Below, in pieces: positions 56,997 to 64,000 of a stretch of 64,000 nucleotides of DNA. The stretch spans positions 1,398 through 65,397 of the forward strand of contig JAJFUJ010000115.1 in NCBI GenBank assembly GCA_021372475.1, given 5' to 3'. The translations under genes and the position numbers were made by a program. The DNA comes from Chloroflexota bacterium. GTDB taxonomy: Bacteria > Chloroflexota > Anaerolineae > UBA1429. The first letter of the stretch is position 1, and every line of letters begins with the position of its first letter. Under the pieces are notes generated by a model. The model was not told the DNA's origin. It did no database searches and worked only from the letters and a program-made list of their open reading frames with translations.

Positions 56997-57120
56997 CTCT
57001 CTCCTTTCCAAATATGGGAGGCGGGCGCGTTTCCGCGCACACCCTCGACCGCCCCGTATTGAGGGCGGTACCGATCACCTGCCATCACCGTGACTGAGAC
57101 AAGGTGATTCGGAGAGCGAA
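56997..57120 (-). promoter_or_regulatory. Moco (molybdenum/tungsten cofactor) RNA motif riboswitch aptamer, copy 1
   Basis: Minus-strand RNA is CUCUCCGAAUCACC...GGUGAU...CCGCCCUCAAUACGGGGCGG...GCGCGGAAACGCGCCCGCCUCCCAUAUUUGGAAAGGAGAGAG. The 3' block GCCUCCC-N5-UGGAAAGG matches the conserved end of the Moco motif as I recall it from the E. coli moaA leader. The 5' CUCUCCGA pairs with the GGAGAG end. Confidence 0.7.
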
Positions 57121-57585
57121 CTATTCAGCTATTGGCTGGTCAGGATAACCAAGCACCTCCAGAGTATCCCCGGTACACACTGCGCCGGGTTCCAGTATCT
57201 TGACGAAAATCCCTTCGCGCGGCATCACACAGTCGCCTGCTGCGTAATAGATAGCGCAGTGGTCATGACAGATTTTACCAATCTGTGTGACTTCTGCCAA
57301 GGCGCTGCCCAGGCGCATCCGCGTTCCCACCGGCAAGGTGTAAAGCTCGATGCCGCTGGTGGTAATATTCTCTGCAAAGCTGCCGGCGTGCACGTTCAGC
57401 CCTTTGGCGCGCATCTTGTCGATGCTCTCCTGCGCCAGCAGGCTCACCTGACGATGCCAATCGCCGGCATGCGCATCGCCAACAATGCCCCAATCGACGC
57501 GCAGCTCAGCGGCGCCGATGTCATGCTTGGGCACGCCTTTTTTATCGCTGACGCAGACGGCCTCAACCTTACCCTTCGGATTCAC
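57121..57585 (-). CDS. MOSC domain protein
   Basis: [16 protein letters not shown]...GIVGDAHAG...[12 protein letters not shown]...[19 protein letters not shown]. The stop directly abuts riboswitch copy 1. Confidence 0.8.
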   Translation of the reverse strand: MNPKGKVEAVCVSDKKGVPKHDIGAAELRVDWGIVGDAHAGDWHRQVSLLAQESIDKMRAKGLNVHAGSFAENITTSGIELYTLPVGTRMRLGSALAEVTQIGKICHDHCAIYYAAGDCVMPREGIFVKILEPGAVCTGDTLEVLGYPDQPIAE

Positions 57586-58066
57586 TTGGCTCCTGCTCCA
57601 GGTTAATTTCGCCGCTCTTGCCGCCGCTTTTACGCAGCAAACGGATATTACTCAACTGCATGCCGCGGTCAACCGCCTTGCACATATCGTAAATGGTCAG
57701 GGCGGCCACCGAGACGGCCGTCAGCGCCTCCATTTCCACGCCAGTAACGCCGATGCAACGCACCTGGGCGCGGATACTCACCGTTGAGCGCTGCTGATCA
57801 TAGGTAAAATCCAGCGCTACATGCGCAAGCTGCAGCGGATGGCAGAGCGGAATGAGCTCCGATGTGCGCTTGGCCGCCATGATACCAGCGATACGCGCGG
57901 CGGCAATCACATCGCCTTTGGGCAGGCCGCCATTTTGTATGAGCGCCAGTGTCTCGGGCAGCATTTCCACCTCGCCTGCGGCGCATGCCTCGCGCAGCGT
58001 TGCCTGCTTGGCGGAAACATCCACCATCCTGGCATTGCCAGCGGCATCCAGATGACTGAGCGCCAT
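57569..58066 (-). CDS. moaC: cyclic pyranopterin monophosphate synthase
   Basis: [18 protein letters not shown]...[28 protein letters not shown]...[10 protein letters not shown]. Confidence 0.9.
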   Translation of the reverse strand: MALSHLDAAGNARMVDVSAKQATLREACAAGEVEMLPETLALIQNGGLPKGDVIAAARIAGIMAAKRTSELIPLCHPLQLAHVALDFTYDQQRSTVSIRAQVRCIGVTGVEMEALTAVSVAALTIYDMCKAVDRGMQLSNIRLLRKSGGKSGEINLEQEPSESEG

Positions 58067-58069
58067 AGC

Positions 58070-59059
58070 TTAGCCTCCTGTTCGCGACATAACGCGCCCA
58101 GCGGGGGCCGGTTCATGCCTAAAATGGCGGCCCTCAGGCTTGGCGCTCACCACCTGGCGAATCAAGGCCGCCAGCTCTGTATCGCTTGCTCCGCTGCGCA
58201 GCGCACCGCGCAGGTCGTATTCCTGCACTGAAAACAAACAGGGCATCAGGCGGCCGTCAGCGCTCAAACGCAGGCGGTTGCACTCCGGACAAAAGTGCCG
58301 GCTGAGCGCGTCGATAAAACCGATAGTGCCAATAGCGCCCGGAATACGCCAATAACGCGCGGGACCGCTGCCGTAGACTGTATCCGGTTGCAGCGGACCG
58401 CAGGAAGCTTCAATTACACGCTGCATTTCTACGGCCGAGATGAACTGCTTGCGGTCATATACGGCACTCTCGCCAATCGGCATGCGCTCGATGAAGCGCA
58501 CATGCCAATTTTCTGTTAGCGTGCGCCGCGCAAAGTCGAGTAGCTCATCGTCGTTCATCCCGCGCGCCACCACCACATTGATTTTTACTGGATTCAGGCC
58601 GGCTTGGAGCGCTGCCTGAATCCCCGATAAGGCTTGAGCAAGCTCACCCCCGCGAGTGATTTCACGATACCGCAGTGCGTTCAGCGAATCGAGGCTGACG
58701 TTGACGCGTCCGAGCCCGGCTGCAGCTAGTTGGGCTGCATGCTGCGCCAACAACGTGCCGTTGCTAGTGAGTGAGATATCCTCAATTCCAGGGATAGCAG
58801 CAATCAATTCCACCAGGCTGGCGAGCCCCTTACGCGCCAACGGCTCACCGCCCGTCAGACGCACTCTGGTGATGCCTAACTCGGCAGCGATGCGCACTAG
58901 CCGTGCGATCTCCTCATAGCGCAGGATGTCCTCGTGAGCGATAAGCGGGATACCTTCCGCCGGCATGCAATATCGGCAGCGCAGGTTACAGCGATCCGTT
59001 ACCGAAACACGCAGGTAACGGATCTCACGCGAATAGGAATCCAGCAGGGGGCTGCTCAC
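58070..59059 (-). CDS. moaA: GTP 3',8-cyclase (radical SAM)
   Basis: YLRVSVTDRCNLRCRYCMP, RLTGGEPL, and a C-terminal GG. Confidence 0.9.
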   Translation of the reverse strand: MSSPLLDSYSREIRYLRVSVTDRCNLRCRYCMPAEGIPLIAHEDILRYEEIARLVRIAAELGITRVRLTGGEPLARKGLASLVELIAAIPGIEDISLTSNGTLLAQHAAQLAAAGLGRVNVSLDSLNALRYREITRGGELAQALSGIQAALQAGLNPVKINVVVARGMNDDELLDFARRTLTENWHVRFIERMPIGESAVYDRKQFISAVEMQRVIEASCGPLQPDTVYGSGPARYWRIPGAIGTIGFIDALSRHFCPECNRLRLSADGRLMPCLFSVQEYDLRGALRSGASDTELAALIRQVVSAKPEGRHFRHEPAPAGRVMSRTGG

Positions 59060-60297
59060 ATTTCCTCCCGAATCTCCGGTATGGTGAGCATGACAGCCAG
59101 CACCTCCGAGCCGGCCGGAGCATCTCCCGTGCCGGCAGGTAACATCACCAGGGCATTGGCGCCAACCATCGATTTCAGCCTACCCGATCCCTGGGCGCCG
59201 GTGGTGTAGGCGAGTCGGCGGTCTGATGTAAGATAGACAATCACACGCTGAAACTCGGTACGTTCCGGGTCATGATGCAGAGTTTGCGCCAAGCGCACCT
59301 TGACCTGCGGGCGCCAGAGCAGCTTGTGCCCGCCGAGAATACGTAGCGCTGGGCGTACGAACTGCTCAAAGCAAACCAGTGATGAAACCGGAAAACCGGG
59401 CAGGCCGAAGAAAGGTTTATTACCGACCATAGCGTAAGTAAGTGGTTTGCCGGGTTTAATGGCCGCGCGACCGACCAGGATACGGCCGATACGCGATATA
59501 ATCGGCTTGATATAGTCATGGGTACCCATCGAGACGCCGCCGGAGGTAACGACCATATCTGCCTTGGCAAAGCCGGTGCGAATAGCCTGTTCCAAAGCAG
59601 CCAAGTTATCGCCAACAGGGTCCGGCCTGGAGAGCGCCTCACATCCGATGCTCCGTACGGCTGCTAGTAAAGCCAGGTTATTGGCATCGCGTATCTGGCC
59701 TGGCTTGAGCGGCGCCCCGACGCGCACCAACTCGTCGCCGGTAGTAATCAAGAACACCCGTGGGCGGGGATGAACCAGAACTTCGGCGTAATTTAAGGAT
59801 GCCAACAAGCCGATTTCCGGCGGGCCAATCTCTATACCTTTTTTCAGTGCAACTTCGCCCTGCCTGATATCCTGCCCCACGGGGCGCACATTAGCGCCTG
59901 GATCGACCTGTCCCTGAGGATGCATCGTGCCGTCAACCTCGCTCGCCTTTTCAAAGGGAATCACTGCATCGGCGCCCTCCGGCAGTGCTCCGCCCGTCAT
60001 GATGCGCACAGCTACACCGGCCTTAACCTGAAACTCACGCTGAGGGCCGGCCTCCTGCTCGCCGATGATTGCACGCGTCGTCGAGGTATCGCTGGCGATA
60101 ACGGCATAGCCGTCCATCGAGGCCGCCGCAAAAGGCGGCATATTCTCGCGGGCGGTGACATCTTCGGCCAAAACCAAACCCGCCGCCCGCGCCAGGTCGC
60201 AGCGGACGGGCGCTAAGGGAGATAAAGAGGACGCGATTAAGCGCCACACTTCCTCATAAGGCAGCATCGGGTAGTCATCAGCGCGTGCTTCGTTCAT
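59056..60297 (-). CDS. moeA: molybdopterin molybdenum/tungsten transferase MoeA, copy B
   Basis: FAAASMDGYAV, TGGALPEGADAV, ITTGDEL, VVTSGGVSMGTHDY, LPGFPVSS. ATGA overlaps at both ends. Confidence 0.85.
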   Translation of the reverse strand: MNEARADDYPMLPYEEVWRLIASSLSPLAPVRCDLARAAGLVLAEDVTARENMPPFAAASMDGYAVIASDTSTTRAIIGEQEAGPQREFQVKAGVAVRIMTGGALPEGADAVIPFEKASEVDGTMHPQGQVDPGANVRPVGQDIRQGEVALKKGIEIGPPEIGLLASLNYAEVLVHPRPRVFLITTGDELVRVGAPLKPGQIRDANNLALLAAVRSIGCEALSRPDPVGDNLAALEQAIRTGFAKADMVVTSGGVSMGTHDYIKPIISRIGRILVGRAAIKPGKPLTYAMVGNKPFFGLPGFPVSSLVCFEQFVRPALRILGGHKLLWRPQVKVRLAQTLHHDPERTEFQRVIVYLTSDRRLAYTTGAQGSGRLKSMVGANALVMLPAGTGDAPAGSEVLAVMLTIPEIREEM

Positions 60298-61532
60298 CTT
60301 AACAACAACACCTCCACCATACTATCGCGCTCGAGATGATCGCAGTTTTCCGGAATTACCGCCAAACCATCCGCTTTCACGAGTGAAGTGACAATGCCGG
60401 AGCCCTGGTCACCTGTAAGCGAGGCCACATAACCTTCTGCGCTGCTATCGAGGCGCACGCGCAAATAATGCCGGCGCCCGTCCTTACGGGTAATCGGCTC
60501 AGCCAGCCTGGCGCGCACAACGGGCATCCGGTAGTCATTTACCCCTTGCAAACGCAGAATAGCCGGCCGCGCGAAGAGCTCAAAACTGATAAAGGCTGCC
60601 ACAGGATTGCCCGGCAGGGCGATTAACGGCACATCCCCAAGGTAGCCAAAGGCCAGCGGCCGGCCCGGTTTCATATTCACCCACCAAAAGTCCAGCCGCC
60701 CGACTGCGGATAAGACGTCTTTGACAAAGTCGAAATCGCCGGCCGACACGCCGCCGGAAGTAACAAACAGATGAGCTTCCTTATCAAGGCCCTCCTGGAT
60801 TTTGATGGAGAGCTCACCCGTTGAATCCCGAGCTATACCGAGTTCGAGCGGAATACCGCCGGCCAGGCGCACCTGCGCAGCATTCGTCGGGCCGTTTATA
60901 TCGCGGATATGCCCGGGTGCCGGGAAACGGCCAGGCTGCATCAATTCGTCGCCTGTCGCTATCACCGCGACCAATGGGCGGCGAGCAACCGGCACAGCCG
61001 TCAATCCCAGGCCGGCCATCAATCCCAATTCCTGCGCACGGATGAACCGGCCGCGTTCGAGCACACGTTGACCGCACTGCACATCCTCTCCGGCAGAGCG
61101 CACATTCGCAGCCTGCTCGAGCGGGGCAGTAAGGGATATGCTGCCATCCCCCGCGGATACCTGCTCGAAACGCACTACCGCATCCGCGCCGGCCGGCAGA
61201 GGGGCGCCGGTCATAACACGCAGCGCCTCGCCAGCGCCAAGCGCCTGTGCGGATACCTGCCCGGCCGCCAGGCTGCCTATCACCCGCAGTCTGAGCGGAT
61301 GCGTCGGGCTGGCGGAGGCAGTGTCCTGCGCGCGCAGTGCATAGCCGTCCATAGCCGAATTGGCTAACGGTGGGATATCCTCCGCGGCAGTGACATCCTC
61401 TGCCAACACACGCCCAAGCGCCTCAGTCGGCGGGATGGACTCAGCGCCCAGCGGCTTAATCCCCGCCAGAATACGCTCCTGGGCTTGTTCCACTGAGAGT
61501 ACCTGGTACTTATCCTTGGTATCGTCTTTCAT
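60294..61532 (-). CDS. moeA: molybdopterin molybdenum/tungsten transferase MoeA, copy A
   Basis: LANSAMDGYAL, TGAPLPAGADAV, IATGDEL, FVTSGGVSAGDFDF, LPGNPVAA. Confidence 0.85.
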   Translation of the reverse strand: MKDDTKDKYQVLSVEQAQERILAGIKPLGAESIPPTEALGRVLAEDVTAAEDIPPLANSAMDGYALRAQDTASASPTHPLRLRVIGSLAAGQVSAQALGAGEALRVMTGAPLPAGADAVVRFEQVSAGDGSISLTAPLEQAANVRSAGEDVQCGQRVLERGRFIRAQELGLMAGLGLTAVPVARRPLVAVIATGDELMQPGRFPAPGHIRDINGPTNAAQVRLAGGIPLELGIARDSTGELSIKIQEGLDKEAHLFVTSGGVSAGDFDFVKDVLSAVGRLDFWWVNMKPGRPLAFGYLGDVPLIALPGNPVAAFISFELFARPAILRLQGVNDYRMPVVRARLAEPITRKDGRRHYLRVRLDSSAEGYVASLTGDQGSGIVTSLVKADGLAVIPENCDHLERDSMVEVLLLR

Positions 61533-62017
61533 ATATGCTCTGTATTTTCACCACGTACCATCTGCAAGGTGTGCGGCAGCAACGGCAGGAGGACCTCCAT
61601 TCCCTCGCGGACTGCTTTGGTGCTGCCAGGCAGATTGATGATGAGGCAGCGGCCGCATAGGCCGGCCACGCCGCGCGAGAGCACCGCCATTGGCGTCTTC
61701 TTTGCGCCCTCTGCGCGCAACAGTTCGGAAAGGCCGGGCATCTCGCGGTCTATTACGTCACGGGTAGCCTCGGGCGTCCAATCCCGCGGCGCCGGGCCTG
61801 TGCCTCCTGTTGTGATGACCAAATCGAGCTGTTCATCTATGGCCCACGACTTGAGCTGAGCCGCGATATTCTCGCGGTCATCCGCCAGAATGAGCGCAGC
61901 CTGCACATCAATGCCCAGCTTACTCAATTCGGCAATTATAGCCGGGCCGCTTGTATCCTTACGCAGCCCAAGGGCACCCTTATCGCTGACGGTCAGCACG
62001 GCAGCACGATATAGCAT
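61529..62017 (-). CDS. mog: MogA/MoaB family molybdopterin adenylyltransferase
   Basis: AAVLTVSDKGA...DLVITTGGTGPAPRD...INLPGSTKA. AGGAGA RBS. Confidence 0.8.
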   Translation of the reverse strand: MLYRAAVLTVSDKGALGLRKDTSGPAIIAELSKLGIDVQAALILADDRENIAAQLKSWAIDEQLDLVITTGGTGPAPRDWTPEATRDVIDREMPGLSELLRAEGAKKTPMAVLSRGVAGLCGRCLIINLPGSTKAVREGMEVLLPLLPHTLQMVRGENTEHI

Positions 62018-62030
62018 CGCTTATCTCCTG

Positions 62031-62067
62031 AAATAAAAACCGGCGTCCCACGAGAGAATGCCGGCTG
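62031..62067 (-). terminator. terminator-like hairpin plus U-tract following riboswitch copy 2
   Basis: On the minus strand: AGCCGGC, 15-nt loop, GCCGGTT (5 GC pairs plus a GU and an AU), followed by TTTTATTTC. It lies between the aptamer and the mog RBS. Confidence 0.45.
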
Positions 62068-62077
62068 AGCTATTGCA

Positions 62078-62198
62078 GTTCTCCTTTCCAAAGTCGGGGG
62101 GGCGCACACGTTTTATCTGCACCTTTGACGGCTAGCCAAACAGCCGCCTCGGTCTGCGCACCATGGGAAGCCTTTAGGCGGGCAGACTCGGAGAGGTT
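62078..62198 (-). promoter_or_regulatory. Moco RNA motif riboswitch aptamer, copy 2 (leader of the mog-moeA-moeA-moaA-moaC-MOSC operon)
   Basis: Minus-strand RNA is CCUCUCCGAGUCUGC...GCAGACCGAGGCGGCU...AGCCGUCAAAGG...GCGCCCCCCCGACUUUGGAAAGGAGAAC. It shares CUCUCCGA at the 5' end and C-rich-N5-UGGAAAGGAGA at the 3' end with copy 1. Confidence 0.7.
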
Positions 62199-62212
62199 AT
62201 TTAATTATGCCC

Positions 62213-62241
62213 AGTTTAGCATGTTTCTGCCCGTCTTTCAA
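62213..62241 (-). promoter_or_regulatory. sigma-70-like promoter candidate for the riboswitch-led moa operon
   Basis: On the minus strand: TTGAAA (62241-62236), 17-nt spacer, TAAACT (62218-62213), about 15 nt upstream of the aptamer 5' end. Confidence 0.45.
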
Positions 62242-62298
62242 ATAATTACGGCGGGCATATAATCAGCATCATAGAGTTTATGTATACAGGCTTATTTG

Positions 62299-62307
62299 TG
62301 GTATAAT
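62299..62307 (+). promoter_or_regulatory. extended -10 promoter element candidate for the solute-binding protein gene
   Basis: TGGTATAAT (TGn + TATAAT) lies 62 nt upstream of ATG 62370 in an AT-rich gap. I found no good -35. Confidence 0.35.
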
Positions 62308-62369
62308 TACTCGTCAGTATACTGATCGGATATATGTGCCAGCGTTAGCCTCTATATAATCGGCTCAAG

Positions 62370-64000
62370 ATGCCAAAAAAGACAGTAATTATACTTGTAA
62401 GCGTCGTCAGTCTATGCCTGCTGGTCGGCCTGTGCATAGGGACGACACGGCTTTTTGATTCGCTCAAGCGCACGTTGTCGTCAGTTATTACCACCACCAC
62501 ACCCGAAACCAATGAGCCAACCGTTAAGGCTGCCACCGCCTCTCCGAGCGATACTGGGAATGCGATCGGCTCCGGTACGCTGCGTCTGGTCGGCAGCCTG
62601 CCGCCTACCCTCGACCCTGCCATGGTGCAGGACAGCACCTCGGCGGAATATGTGGTGCACCTTTATAGCGGCCTGGTAACCCTGAATAACAAACTAGAGA
62701 TTGTGCCTGATTTGGCGGAGCGTTGGGAGCTGAGCGCCGACGGCAAAACCTATACCTTTACCCTGAACTCGGCGGCCGTTTTCCAGGATGGACGTCAGGT
62801 TACTTCTGCGGATGTGGTCTATTCCCTGGAACGGGCATGCAGCCCCGAGCTCGCTTCGCCGGTAGCCGTCAGTTACCTAGGAGATATCGTCGGCGTTGCC
62901 GAGTTTGCGGCCGGCCAAGCGGAGCATATCAGCGGCCTTACAGCGCCTGATGCTCATACGGTCGTCATCACAATCGATGCTCCCAAAGCTTATTTCCTGG
63001 CTAAGCTGACTTATCCTTCAGCCCTGGTAGTGGACCGCGAGCAAGTCGAGCAGGGGCAGGATAACTGGCAGCTTCAACCAAACGGCAGCGGGCCCTTTAT
63101 ACTCGAGGCCATCGATACTGACCACATTGTATTGGCGCGCAACGAACGCTACTATGGCCGCAAGCCCGCCCTGGCAAAAGTTGAGTTCCTGATGGGCGGC
63201 GGCGACCCGATGACTATGTATGAGAACGACCAGCTCGATATCGTGGGCGTTTCTGCTGACGAAATCGAACGCGTGCTCGACCCGGCTAACCCGCTCAACG
63301 CAGAGTTATACAGTTCCCCAGAGCTCTCGGTGCAGTACCTGGCCATGGATACTACCAAACCACCTTTCGATGACCGCGCAGTGCGCCAAGCTCTGGCGAT
63401 GGCTATTGACCGTGATAAAATAGCGGAGCTGGTGCTACTAGAAACGGCCTCGGCGGCCAAAGGGATCCTGCCGCCCGGCATGCCCGGATTTGACCCTGCT
63501 CTCGAGGGATTGCCCTACGACCCACAACGCGCCCGCGAACTGCTGGCAGAATCGCGTTACGGCGCGCCCGGCGCGCTGCCCGAGATCGTATTGGCTATCA
63601 GCGGCACCAGTGGATACATCGACGGCGAAACCCGAGCGATATTGTATATGCTTGAGACCAACCTGGGCATCACCGTCACGGTAGAACAAGTCGCCTGGGA
63701 AGATTTCCTAAACGATATGAATCAGCAGGTGTACCAAATCTATAATTCCGGTTGGATTGCGGATTATCCCGACCCGCAGAACTTTTTAGACCTGTTGTTT
63801 CATTCGGGCAGCTCCCAGAATCATATGGGATACGCTAATCCGCAGGTAGATGCGCTGCTCGAACAGGCGCGCATCGCTGCCAGCTCGGAAGAGCGTTATG
63901 CCCTTTACCAACAAGCTGAGAAGATAATCGTAGAAGACGCGGTATGGATTCCCCTGACGCATGGCATCGATTACTCGCTGGCCAAACCATATGTGCACGG
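62370..64000 (+). CDS. ABC transporter substrate-binding protein, family 5 (peptide/nickel/oligosaccharide type); 3' end beyond the window
   Basis: Absent from the ORF track because it has no stop. Hand translation gives MPKKTVIILVSVVSLCLLVGLC... (signal/anchor), then TLRLVGSLPPTLDPAMVQDSTSAEYVVHLYSGLVTLNNKLEIVPDLAERWELSADGKTYTFTLN. The frame is still open at 64000 (...ALYQQAEKIIVEDAVWIPLTHGIDYSLAKPYVH). Confidence 0.8.
   Translation, partial: MPKKTVIILVSVVSLCLLVGLCIGTTRLFDSLKRTLSSVITTTTPETNEPTVKAATASPSDTGNAIGSGTLRLVGSLPPTLDPAMVQDSTSAEYVVHLYSGLVTLNNKLEIVPDLAERWELSADGKTYTFTLNSAAVFQDGRQVTSADVVYSLERACSPELASPVAVSYLGDIVGVAEFAAGQAEHISGLTAPDAHTVVITIDAPKAYFLAKLTYPSALVVDREQVEQGQDNWQLQPNGSGPFILEAIDTDHIVLARNERYYGRKPALAKVEFLMGGGDPMTMYENDQLDIVGVSADEIERVLDPANPLNAELYSSPELSVQYLAMDTTKPPFDDRAVRQALAMAIDRDKIAELVLLETASAAKGILPPGMPGFDPALEGLPYDPQRARELLAESRYGAPGALPEIVLAISGTSGYIDGETRAILYMLETNLGITVTVEQVAWEDFLNDMNQQVYQIYNSGWIADYPDPQNFLDLLFHSGSSQNHMGYANPQVDALLEQARIAASSEERYALYQQAEKIIVEDAVWIPLTHGIDYSLAKPYVH

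Noticed and set aside
56919-57011. ORF-track N-terminal extension of the tupB permease (TTG at 57011, internal ATG at 56960)
   Set aside because: The TTG lies inside the conserved UGGAAAGG block of the riboswitch, and the ATG lies in the loop of the terminator hairpin. A TTG at 56918 with a GAGGA RBS gives an N-terminus typical of TupB permeases.

Overview
High-GC, gene-dense bacterial chromosomal window: about 55 protein genes and one tRNA. I saw no rRNA, CRISPR array, transposase or integrase. All calls come from reading the sequence and ORF track by eye, and family names rest on recognised motifs, not searches.

Layout, left to right:
- 1-2140: two hydrolase-like genes on the minus strand.
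- 2270-12389: a co-directional plus-strand cluster. It holds a GalU-like nucleotidyltransferase, a 1106-aa GHMP-kinase-like::UDPGP-pyrophosphorylase fusion, a polytopic GT-C-like membrane protein, an arabinose/fucose-isomerase-family protein, a SAM methyltransferase, a CE7 acetyl esterase and a nitroreductase.
- 12500-13846: a CNNM/CorC-type membrane protein.
- 13920-34005: many signal-peptide-less glycosidases (two GH2 beta-mannosidase-like, GH5-like, GH42-like, GH29 fucosidase, GH140/DUF4038-like). Interleaved are a Cys/Met PLP enzyme, a Macro-domain gene coupled to a CHAP-domain protein, nadE, and a tightly overlapping 3-gene radical-SAM operon.
- 34063-41575: a heterodimeric ABC exporter pair, a beta-lactamase-fold hydrolase, a flavodiiron protein and fba.
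- 41672-49856: tRNA-Leu(CAA), an ECF sigma/anti-sigma pair, ftsY, prfB with its +1 frameshift site, an MBL hydrolase, an RpiR regulator and aspS.
- 49999-54375: sulfatase, creatininase-fold protein, HpcH aldolase, nitroreductase, HIT and ASCH genes.
- 54446-62198: a long minus-strand molybdenum/tungsten locus. Order: Moco-type riboswitch plus terminator, mog-moeA-moeA-moaA-moaC-MOSC, a second Moco-type riboswitch plus terminator, then tupB-tupC-tupA.
- 62370-64000: a partial family-5 solute-binding protein.

Most interesting:
- the kinase::pyrophosphorylase fusion and its glycosylation context;
- the double riboswitch checkpoint in the Mo/W locus;
- the radical-SAM / DUF3788-like / alpha-toroid operon;
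- an unexplained structured 255-bp gap between convergent genes.
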